From NCBI RefSeq assembly GCF_018350175.1, contig NC_058370.1:20336001-20400000 (forward strand): a stretch of DNA of 64,000 bases, read 5' to 3'. The notes below the pieces were generated by a model. That model had not been told where the DNA came from and did not search any database. It saw nothing but the letters and a program-made list of their open reading frames with translations. Every line of letters begins with the position of its first letter. The stretch's first letter is position 1. This DNA is from Felis catus. Taxonomy: Eukaryota. The position numbers and the translations under genes are program-made. This document shows, in pieces, positions 10,810 to 21,140 of this stretch.

Positions 10810-11310
10810 TGCATCCTTCTCTGAGAAGGCAGAACCTGATGTGCCCGGGATTTTGTGCGGGGAATGCCTCTGAGGTAGGATGAGGCTGGGGCGCCCTGGG
10901 CGGGGGGGTCAGTCAGTTAAGTGTCCGACTCGATTTTGGCTCGGGTCATGATCTCACACTTGGTGAGATCAAGCCCTGCATCGGGCTCTGCACTGACAGT
11001 GCAGAGGCTGCTTGGGATTCTCTCTCTCTCCCTCTCTCTCTGCCCCTCCCCCACTCACATGCATGCTCACTCACACTCTCTCTCTCTCTCTCTCTCTCCC
11101 CCTCAAAATAAGTAAATAAACTTTTAAATAGAAGTAGGATGAGGCTTCTGGGGAAGGCGGGGGTGGGGGGAGCCCTCAGGCCTGCCGCGTGTGGCGGGAG
11201 GCGCAGGAAGGAGGCTCGGAAAGGTGACTATCAGACTGCGGAGCACTCTCAGCGGGTCTCCGCCGGGGCCAATGGCAACTTCTCGAACCCAAGGCCCCTG
11301 TTATCAAAGG
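10810..11310 (-). mobile_element. ERVL-class LTR (LTR16-like), putative 5' LTR, interrupted by a SINE
   Basis: Same orientation and motif order as 8365-8595; immediately upstream of the gag ATG on the minus strand. Confidence 0.5.
10888..11130 (+). mobile_element. Can-SINE
   Basis: TSD gtaggatgaggct at 10875-10887 and 11134-11146. Confidence 0.95.
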
Positions 11311-11327
11311 GTCTGAACTTTCAGCGG

Positions 11328-11820
11328 TAGGATGAAGGTCTGAGGATCTCCCAGTGACTATGGTTAATAAATCTGTGTGGTACGGTTGGAATTTTTCAAG
11401 AGAGTAGAACTTGTGTTCTCATCAAAAAAAGGAAAAATAGGGGCACCTGGGTGGCTCAGTCGGTCGAGCGTCCGACTTCGGCTCAGGTCACGATCTCTCA
11501 GTTCATGAGTTCAAGCCCCATGTCGGGCTCTGTGCTGACAGCTCGGAACCTGGAGCCGGCTTCGGATCCTGTGTCTTCCCCCACTCATGCTCTGTCTCTC
11601 TCTGTCTCTCAAAAATGAATAAACGTTAAAAGAATTTTTTTTTAAATAAAGAAAAAAAATAAAAGGGAGGGGGGTAAATATGCAAGGTGATGGATGCGTC
11701 ATTAACTCGCGGGCGGGAATCCGTTCACAACGTAGACATAGGTCACATCATCACAACGAACACTCTCAATATGTTATAATTTGATGTGTCAGTTATACCT
11801 CAATAAAGCTAAAAATAAAA
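11328..11820 (+). mobile_element. LINE-1 3' UTR fragment, interrupted by a SINE
   Basis: gtgactatggttaataa...gagagtaga...gttctca and ggtgatggatg...tgtcagttatacctcaataaagct. Confidence 0.8.
11440..11655 (+). mobile_element. Can-SINE
   Basis: ggggcacctgggtggctcagtcggtcgagcgtccgacttcggctcagg, A tail. Confidence 0.95.
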
Positions 11821-12779
11821 GAAAGAGCAAAGAAAAAAATGTCATCGATGAAAGGAATGGACCTGCCTTTGTGCCCCAAACTTGTACTCAGTCGTCAGCA
11901 TCCTGGGGGAAGGACGACCCAGGTGTCTGTGCTGTGTGGACCCAGAAGGACCGCAGCTGGGGATCCACAGTCAGTTACATCCCCTGCAGCAGGGAATCTA
12001 AAAAAACTGTATTTTCACAGTCACCACAGGGCAACAGAAAGGTAGCAACAAGGTGTCCCATCGGTGTCTGCCACTGGGAGGACACACATGGCCCCATTAT
12101 CCATACAGCACGCGTCATGACGCCTTGGTAAGCTTTAGGGCGGGGTCTTGCTTCTTGCGAGAGAGAGCAAAGGAGGCTTCCTTGAAATGCCTCTTCCTTT
12201 GTTCTTCCGTCAGCTATGATCAGCCGTTTGGCAGGAAGAATTGAGGGAGAGGGAGAATGAATGAGAATGAATTACTGCACTCACTCCTAGCTCAGGGAAA
12301 CGTTTTATTGGATTTGTTTCGCTTTGATGCCTATTAAGCCCATGGGGTACAGCAGGCCAGGGAGTGAACGTGAGGGGCCTGGGGAAAGGATAGAGGGTCT
12401 CCCTGTGGTTGCCCCACCACGTTTGTAATTTATTATTAACGATCTCCTCTGTGCCATGGTCTATTGGACCCTTCCAGGGGGGCAGCTCCTGGGGCCAGGA
12501 CTGTGTGGTTCATCCACGCGGATCAGATGGAACATTTTATTTACTTGCTTCTTTCCTCAAATCTGCTATGACTCCACCTGGCTCAAGGCAGAAAAAGTTT
12601 GCTTGACCTTGCTTGAAGTGGTGAACTTAGGGGGACCTCGGTGCTGGTCCCACTTTGCCTCCGTTATCAGCCGACAAGTTGGCAAGATCTTGGTGGAACA
12701 GTCAAATCAAAACCTCTGATGCCATGGCCTTGTCCTAAGAACCTACATAAACACTTTAAAAAAAAAAAAAAAAAAAACA

Positions 12780-13294
12780 ATGCCGATCGTCGACGGGGTT
12801 CCAGATGCAGCCTTTTGCTCCCGGGGGCTGCCCTTTCGCTCCAAACGTCTTTTCCGAGCGCCGACTCCTCGTGCGGCGCCGGGCACACCACGCGCTGGGG
12901 ATGCAACCGGCACAGAAAGGACAAGATCCCCGCTTTCGCTTTCGGGGCTGGGGAGCTAAGGGGTGTGGCATTTCGGCAACATCCAACTCCAGCTGACAGC
13001 AGTCATTGCGGGCGGTGTGGAGTGCCGCGAGCAAGTGGAGGGAGAGCCCTGAGCCACTTACATTCTCCAGCGCCGTCTCTCGGGTCGTCCCTCTGCGCCG
13101 TTGCTATTCTTTCTCGGGTTGTCAGTGAGGGAGAGGACGTTCGGAGAGAGGGTTCAACGTGTCCCAGTTCCAAAAGCTCCTACAGGACAACAGGCTTTGA
13201 ACGTAGGCCAGTAGCCGAGCCAGCGTGCTGACCTGAGTCCTGCCAGAGTCGTTAAAAGTCTCCGGCCGGCCCCCGGTTCCAGCAGGAGCCTCAC

Positions 13295-13328
<34 letters not shown>

Positions 13329-13500
13329 CTCTCCCAGCGCCATGACCTCCCTGCAGTGGCCGAAGGCGCCCCCGCGGGTCTGGCCTCTGCTGCTGAGCAC
13401 AGTCTGGCTGAGAGTTTTCCAGAGTGTAGGATATTCCCACGGCGGGCCTGGGAGAGGAATGCGTGCGGCTCAGGGACACCTCTTGTGGTAGCCACGCCTC
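12780..13500. other. CpG-island-like segment overlapping L2 and MIR relics
   Basis: About 20 CpG in 12781-12960 by hand count; the underlying sequence resembles an L2 3' end (gagcgccgact..gggcac..gcgctggggatgca) followed by MIR. Confidence 0.55.
13298..13325 (+). repeat. Poly-C tract (C28)
   Basis: Direct reading. Confidence 0.9.
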
Positions 13501-13630
13501 CCATAGAAAGTCATTCCCTTTCCAAGTCCTTTTCTCTTCCTCCCCTGATACTGACAAGACCGTTTAGTACTAGAGGAACGTTTTTGAACACGGAGCTCCT
13601 CCTTTTAAAAAAAAAAAAAAAACGATTTCA

Positions 13631-13845
13631 GGGGCGCCTGGGTGGCTCAGTCGGTGGAGCCTCTGACTTCAGCTCAGGTCATGATCTCGAGGTTCGTGAG
13701 CTCCGGCCCCGCGACGGGCTCTGTGCTCTCAGCCTGGAGCCTGCTTCGGATTCTGTGTCTCCCTCTTTCTCTGCCCCTCCCCCGCTCATTCTCTCTCTCT
13801 CTCTCTCTCTCTAACATAAAAAATAAAAACATTAAAAAAATTTAA
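13631..13845 (+). mobile_element. Can-SINE
   Basis: Canonical head, CT tract, tail. Confidence 0.95.
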
Positions 13846-14177
13846 AACATGATTTATCGAGGTAAACTTGGCACACGGTTATCAAAACTTTTTAAATGTT
13901 CTTACTCGTTTTAACATCTGCCTCCGTTTTCGGTTTCAATCGACTTCTCATCGTGGATCATAATTTGCTACTTGGTGATCTCTGTATGCAAGACATTGTC
14001 AATTTTCCCTTCTTGGGTGGAGGAGATTTTTATATTCCTCAAAATACCTCTAGCTTGTTTCTGGAGGTTGTTTTTTGGAAAACAGTTTAAAGGAGCCTGG
14101 AAAACAGGCTCTAGGATATTGCTTCTAATATGTGTAAGTGGGATCAGAAAGGTACCCACTTTAAAGTAGGGCTCATC

Positions 14178-14564
14178 GGGGAGCCTGGGTGGCTTAGTCT
14201 GTTCAGCGTCCAACTCTTGATTTCGGCTCAGGTCATGATCTCACCGTTTGTGGGACTGAGCCCCACATCCAGCTCTGCGCTGACGGCGAGGAGCCTGCTA
14301 GGGATTCTCTCTCTCCCTTTCTGCCTCCCCCCTCATGTGCATACGGTCTCTCTCTCAAAAATAAATATTTTTTTGAAAAGTAGTGAGGCACCCGGGCGGC
14401 TCAATTGGTTAAGTGACTGACTTCGGCTCAGCTCATGATCTCACAGTTGGAGCCTGCTTCAGATTCTGTGTCTCCCTCTCTCTCTCTCTCTGCCCCTCCC
14501 CTGCTCATGCTCTGTCTCTCCCAAAGATAAACAAAAACATTAAACAATAAATAAAAAATAAAAA
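14178..14564 (+). mobile_element. Two tandem Can-SINEs (14178-14380; 14385-14564, internally deleted)
   Basis: Two heads and two tails; flanking gtagggctcat / gtaggactcat. Confidence 0.9.
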
Positions 14565-15021
14565 TCAGCGTAGGACTCATTATTCCCTACTACTGAGGTA
14601 GAACGCTCGTGGCTTTACCCCATGTTCCATGAGTCATGAACTTTTCCAGGCTGGTTAGTGGTAGTAGGCACTTTTCCCAGCCTGTGTGAGCAGAGGGCAC
14701 TCTTTAACCCCTTTGTCTCACGAATGCACCAGGTCACTCCTCAGCTGAATGCTTGAAGGGGGCTAGGGGGGGTCTCTGCAGAGACCTGGGGTCCGCCCTG
14801 CGTGCAGCTCTCCCCTCTCCAGGCGTCTGTCCTGGGGATTCCAGCTGCCTTCCCCCCTTGACTCTCACCTCCGTCTCCCCAGCTGCCAGGCTCCACCTGG
14901 GTTTTTCCACCCTGCACCGCAGCTGGGTGGTTTTTATGTTCCTGGAAGTATTGTTTTCAGCTTTGTCCTCAAATGAGGTTAAATTATTTGGAAGCAGTTG
15001 GGTCCTTTGGGGTCTGTTTTT

Positions 15022-15246
15022 TTTTTTTTAATTTTTTTTTCAACGTTTTTTATTTATTTTTGGGACAGAGAGAGACAGAGCATGAACGGGGGAGGGGCAG
15101 AGAGAGAGGGAGACACAGAATCGGAAACAGGCTCCAGGCTCCGAGCCATCAGCCCAGAGCCTGACGCGGGGCTCAAACTCACGGACCGCGAGATTGTGAC
15201 CTGGCTGAAGTCGGGCGCTTAACCGACTGCGCCACCCAGGCGCCCC
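15022..15246 (-). mobile_element. Young Can-SINE (SINEC_Fc)
   Basis: TSD ggggtctgttttt at 15009-15021 and 15249-15261. Confidence 0.97.
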
Positions 15247-15576
15247 AGGGGGTCTGTTTTTAAGACTGGTTGGGTGGGGTGAGAGCACCACTCACCGTAG
15301 GGCAGATTATTCCCCAGACAGGAAGCGGGACAATCTCAGGGCTACCCTCCATTTTTTTTTTTTTTAACCACCTCTCAGGGATCATCATCCTTTGTGGCCT
15401 CTTGTCCAGATCCTGAAAACCATTACTGCATGCATTTTGTTGGTTTTTCATTTGTTTTAGTGGGACCATAAATCCAATGTCTCATACTCCATCCTGCACT
15501 AAAGCAGAACTTCCCTCTCCTTACGCCCCCTTCATTGATGTACGTACGTACATCCAGATGTATGTATGTCACCTCG

Positions 15577-15657
15577 ACGCCTGGTGCGGGGCTTGAACTC
15601 ACGCTCCCGAGATCAGGAGTCGCATGCTCTTTCTACTGAGCCAGCCAGGCGCTCCCC
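15577..15657 (-). mobile_element. Short old tRNA-derived carnivore SINE (SINEC_old-like)
   Basis: gggcttgaactcacg...gagatcaggagtcgcatgctc...actgagccagccaggcgc, reverse A/B-box tRNA head without a CT tract. Confidence 0.7.
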
Positions 15658-16135
15658 TCCTTTTTTAAACAAACATAAAGCAGACGCCCAAAGCTTTACA
15701 CCGGCAAGAATATCCAGCTGGAACCCAATAACTTTGTTTTGTTTGCTTTCTATTTATTTTATGGCTAATTTACTTATAACAATCAGTCCTGCTTTTCCAT
15801 TAATGGTAGCATCCAAAAGTTCCGTGGTTGGCCGAATTTGTCTAAGTTTAAAAAGCAACTCAGTGTGAAGAAAACTGTAAAAAGAGACAGCAGGACACGT
15901 ACAAACAGGACGAGAAATCAGATAAGCAAGTGGTGGGGTGTGGAGAATAACCGAAGTTAGGGGGCACCGAGCCCATTGGTACCCGCCTTCCAACCTGATG
16001 CCCTCCCAGCTGAATTCCTCTTTCCTGGCCTTTGAGTTACTGCCTCTTGACCCACCCTGTGCTGATGTGAGAGCAAAGATTGCACTAAAGTGATATTTTC
16101 ATCCTGTGCGTCAGCCTCCTGTGTTTTTCTCTAGA

Positions 16136-16688
16136 CCCTACCCCATCCAACTTAATAGCCACAAGACACATGCAGCTACTAAGCCTTGGAAATGTGGCTA
16201 ATCCTAACGGAGATGGGTCAAACGTGTAGAACACACACCGGGTTTAGAAGACAGTGCAAAAAAAAACCACCCAAAAATAATTTAGAATATAGCATCAAAT
16301 AATATTTACACTGACTACGTGTTAAAAATGAGACTATTCAGAATATATTGGCTTCAGGGGTGCCTGGGTGGTTCAGTCGGCTAAGCGTCTGACTCTTGGT
16401 TTCAGCTCAGGTCATGATCTCACGGTTCGTGAGTTCGAGCCCCGCGTCGGGCTCTATGCTGCCAGCACAGAACCCGCGTGGGATTTTCTGTCTCCCTGTC
16501 TCTGCCCCTACCCCACTCATGCTTGCTCGCTGTCTCTCGATAAACATTTAAAAAAAAGAATATATTGGCTTAAATAAGATACATCATTAAAATTAATGTC
16601 TCCTTTTTCTTTACTTCTTTATAACTGATTGCTAGAAAATGGGACATTATCTGTGTGGCTTGTATCCTAGTTCGGTTAGACAGCCCTG
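16136..16688. mobile_element. MER33-type hAT element, interrupted by a SINE
   Basis: tagccac...aaatgtggcta...acacaccgg...tatattgg...attaaaattaat...ctagaaaat...tgtggct...gacagccctg. Confidence 0.75.
16357..16556 (+). mobile_element. Can-SINE inside MER33
   Basis: TSD agaatatattggctt at 16340-16354 and 16557-16571. Confidence 0.95.
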
Positions 16689-17212
16689 CTATGGATGTGC
16701 CATCGAGCTCTGCCTCCCGGCCCCCCGGCACAAAACCAGATGCAGAATAGGAGCTTAACAAACACCTGTCGGAGATTAGTGACGGAATGAACCTTGGAAT
16801 GAGTGGCTGTAACTGGACTGGGGGCTCCAAGATGGAAGAAATGTTGAAGCCCAGGAGACACTTCGGTTCTCACACTCATACACGGGGGAAATGAGAACAC
16901 ACAGCTCCCAGATATGGTGGAGAAAAACACGAGATAATTCACGGAGAACTCTCCACATCGTGCCCGGATCAGTGGGCGTGTTCCAGACAAGTTACACATT
17001 CTAGGGCAGATGTCTTCATTTAGAGCCACACCAGGTGAAAGACCTTGGCAATCGTGTACCCAGAATTAAGAGGAAAGATTCTTTTCCGTGGGTTTTCTCC
17101 TGCTGATTACGCAAATGTGCTTCCTACTCTTCACATGGCTCATGGATAAGGACTCGGCTCCGTGGGCCACCTTCGTGCCCACCCCTTCCCCCCACTTTCT
17201 GGTGTTCTGATA

Positions 17213-17365
17213 NNNNNNNNNNNNNNNNNNNNNNNNNNNNNNNNNNNNNNNNNNNNNNNNNNNNNNNNNNNNNNNNNNNNNNNNNNNNNNNNNNNNNNNN
17301 NNNNNNNNNNNNNNNNNNNNNNNNNNNNNNNNNNNNNNNNNNNNNNNNNNNNNNNNNNNNNNNNN
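17213..17365. other. Assembly gap (153 N)
   Basis: N run. Confidence 1.
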
Positions 17366-18424
17366 GGCTTCATCTTTGAACAAGTGCTACAGCGTGCTGT
17401 GAAGATGGGGGGCAGGGGGACTGATGGTGAAGGAAGGAGAGAAGAAGGCATTGGAATCACTTATAAATAATATATTCATTGGTCAAAGAAAGTTATCGCC
17501 TTTTATGAAGTGTTTGGAATTCGTCTTGCATACTAAGCGGGCGCCCTCTTACCGGCTCCTGAGTGGATCTGCCCCAGCCTCCTTGCTTCTCCATCTCTGA
17601 ATCTGGGGACTGGGATGCCGTTTATTTATTTCCACCAAAGCCACCGCTGCCACGTCTTATCACCTGGAAACAAACAGCGAACGGGGCTGACCGGTACCTC
17701 CAGGGAAACACAAAGATGTGTTGGCAACTCCGGGGAGCGAAGTCCGTGCCCCTGAGTTGGGCTCTGCATTTGGTATTCATCGCGTAAGCGCCGCGCCTAA
17801 TGAAGGCATTTGGTATTCATGTGGATGTCACATGTATTTCCAGAGACGCTGGGCTCTAATTTAGCACGGGTTAATGGACACCTCTATTAAAGTGTTATCG
17901 AAAGTTTGACATTCAAATAACCCAGTTTAAAAATCAGACAAACCTAGACATTAAATCTGAAGGGGAGGAAAAGTGGAAGTCAAGTATATAAATGCCAACT
18001 TTAGAAGGAAATACTAATCCGCCCTGGAGAGGGACAAATGGTTGATCCAAGTGTTTCTTGTTCTTTTGCTTTCCCTCACCCCTCCGTGCCTAAGCCTTGG
18101 CACATTCCCTGACTTCTGCAGGCCAATGCCTCTGCCCTATGTGTAGGGGGGAGGCGAAGGGAGGGATAGGAGGAAGGGCACAGTCATAACAAATGAAAGG
18201 CGATGAAATTCAAGCTCAGGGAACTTAACTGATTCAAGGAGGGCCACACTTCACTGGCAAATAGTAAGATAGGATTAGAAGATTCACTATACTTATGTTT
18301 ATCTTCTCTATTCGTTAACTTAACAGATATTTATTAGGCACTTACTTTGTGCCAAACTCACTTGCTAACTGGCCGATATTGGTAAACAAAACAGATTCTT
18401 CCTACGGCTCCTCTGGGAAAAAGT

Positions 18425-19536
18425 CCAATCGTGTTCTATAAAACTAAACTTATACTTAGTCTATGGCCCAGCAAATTCACCCCTAGGTATTTACCTAAGA
18501 TAAATGGATATAATAAAATGTAATAGAATACTCACGGCCTCTTAATCATAATAACCAAAGAACAAGATACATGAATGTAATAGAATGTTCATGACTGCTT
18601 CAATAATGGCCCCAGATAGAAAATAGTCCAGGCATCCATCCACAGAAGAACACTCAGACTGTGGTATAACCATACAGGGGAATACTACTCAGCAATACAA
18701 AGAATGAAGTGTTAACATATGTCACAATTTGGAAGACTCTCAACACGATTATGTTGAGTGAAGGAAGTCTTATAAAAAAGCGTACATGCTCTATGATTCC
18801 AGTCATGAAACTGTAGGAAAAGAAAAACCGAGCACTGTTGAGAAGGGTCAGAACAGTAGTTGTCTCAAGGGTGAACGGAATTGGGGTTTAACTGAGAAGG
18901 GGCATAAGGCCATTTTTGGAGTGACATTAATGTTTTGAGTCTTGGTGGGGGTTTGATTAGACAGGTGTGTGCCTTTGCCAAACCCACCAAAACATACACT
19001 CATACTTGTCCATTTTGCTAGATAAGCATCTTAGCTCAAGGGCAGGGCGCCTGGGTGGCTCAGTCAGTTAAGGGTCCAACTCTTGATCTTGGCTCAAGTC
19101 GTGATCTCATGGTTCATGAGTTCGAGCCCCACATCGGGCTCTGCATTGACAGTGCGGAGCCTGCTTGGGATTCTCTCTCTCCCGCTCTCTCTTTCCCTGC
19201 CCCTTCCCCACTCGTGCTTCACTCTCTCAAAATAAATAAATTAAAAAAAAAGAATCGCGAATGAATATTGAGCTCTTGTTCATAATAACATGTACATTGA
19301 CATGCTTAGGGGTGAAGTGTACTGATGTCTTCAGCTCAGTTTGAAATACATCAAGAGATAAGAGGGATGAAGGGAGGGAGAGAGGGAAGGAGGGAGGGAT
19401 AGAAAGTGGGTAGATGGATAAATATGTAGCAAAATATTGCTTGTATGATCTAAAGGATATGTACATGGAGGTTCTTTCCACATCTTTCACTTCTTGATAT
19501 GTTTAAATTTTCTGTGATAACATGTTGAGAAAAAAG
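18425..19536 (+). mobile_element. Ancient LINE-1 (L1ME-type) 3' end, interrupted by a SINE
   Basis: cccagcaaattcacccctaggtatttaccta...gaatactactcagcaat...attatgttgagtgaa...ggggtgaagtgtactgatgtct. Confidence 0.8.
19044..19252 (+). mobile_element. Can-SINE
   Basis: Canonical head and tail. Confidence 0.95.
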
Positions 19537-20049
19537 TGTTTTAAAATAAACAGACTCTTTCCTTGTATGCATGCTGCTGACACTCTAGCAGTGAAGAAAA
19601 GTAAACAAGATAAATACACAGATAAATATACAACTGCATGTTTTTGGTGAATGGTATAAGCAACAAAGATAGGCTGCAGCGTGAAGAATATATTGGGGGA
19701 ACTTGTATTCACAGGAGGTCAAAGAAAACCTCTTTGGGGAAGTCATGTTTGGAAAGCAAGTTGGGAAAAGCAATGATAAAAAGTGTAGGCCTGCAGGGGG
19801 AACAGGACGGGCGGAGAGCTGGATCGAAGGCCCCAAGACAGGAGAGACCTTAGCACATGCAAAGACAAGGAGGCCAGCATGGATGGGGCACGGCCAATGA
19901 AGGCAAGAACCAGCCGGAAGTGAGGGAGGAAAGGAAGGCAGCACCTAGATGTTTCAGGAGTTCCCAGGCCCTGGTAAGTTTTGATCGTCTCTGGGTTAGT
20001 CAGGGCACCTCAAGGATGCCATGCTCAAAGATGACAACAACAATGATCA

Positions 20050-20310
20050 TGAATATTTATTAAGTGCCTGCTATATGCCCGACACTGTGTCAAGTGCCTT
20101 CTAATTTACCCTATTTGAATTTCACATCTGTCCAAGCCATATATTTTTTTAAATTTATTTTTAAATAAATATTTATTTTTAAATAAATATATAAATATGC
20201 ATCACCCACTTTACTCATGAGGGAAGCGAGGTTCGGGAGAGGATAAGCGGTTCGCCTAAAGTCACCCAGCTAGTCCAAGGTGGAGCTGGGATGGGAGATT
20301 CCAGTGACAA
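20050..20310 (-). mobile_element. MIR with an AT-rich insert
   Basis: atttattaagtgcctgctatatgccc...cccactttactcatgagggaagcgagg...aagtcacccagctagt...ggagctgggat. Confidence 0.7.
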
Positions 20311-20913
20311 GGGTCAGGTAGTCAGGTCATCTGAGAAATACTTGGAGGAACTGGATGCAGCCAGCAAGTAGAGAAGTCTCCTTGGAGCCACAACTGTCCT
20401 CTTGGAATCTGTAAAGCTATCATGGGAAAGAGAGATTTTATTTGTGCCCTAGAGTCACACGGATCTGAATTAGCATCGGTGAGAGGACATTCTGAAAAAA
20501 ACAAATTTGGGGCCAACGCCAGGAAACAAACAAAAAATTGTGAGGCATGGATTTGTCCAGAGATGGAAGAAGCCACATCAGGAATTATGACTCATGACAG
20601 ACTCCTTCCCTTGAAGCCATTGGAGCCGAGGATGAATGGCCACAGTACAGAGGGACCCAGACATCATGTGTGGGTTGGACCCCATGACTCATAAGTGCCT
20701 CGCGGGCCTGAGACTGTGGGGTGGCCAACCAATCAGGCTCTGTATGTGGCTCTGGCTTCCCCAGCAGGTTGGCAGCAGCTGTCTTCCTAGACCTGTGTTA
20801 ATATCATCTTCGTGGAAACAACATTTTCCATTTAAATCACATTCATTGCTGGTCTCACAAGAATCACCCTCAAGACTGAAGCGCTGGAGATGTAGAAAAA
20901 AGCTGAACTGGCT

Positions 20914-21073
20914 GGGGTTCCCCGGGTGGCTCAGTCGGTTAAGCAGTTAGGCATCTGACTCTTGATTTTGGCTCAGGTCTTGATCTCACGTTCGTGAGAC
21001 TGAGCCCCGTGTCAGGCTCTGCTCTGACAGCAAGGAGCCTGCTTGGGATCCTCTCGTGCACACGCTCTCTCTG

Positions 21074-21113
<40 letters not shown>

Positions 21114-21140
21114 AAAATAAATAACAAACATTTTTTAAAG
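20914..21140 (+). mobile_element. Can-SINE with long (CT)n
   Basis: Canonical head, CT microsatellite, tail. Confidence 0.93.

Noticed and set aside
12641-13231. 196-aa ORF with poly-Lys
   Set aside because: Poly-K is an A homopolymer; the rest is GC-rich L2/MIR relic
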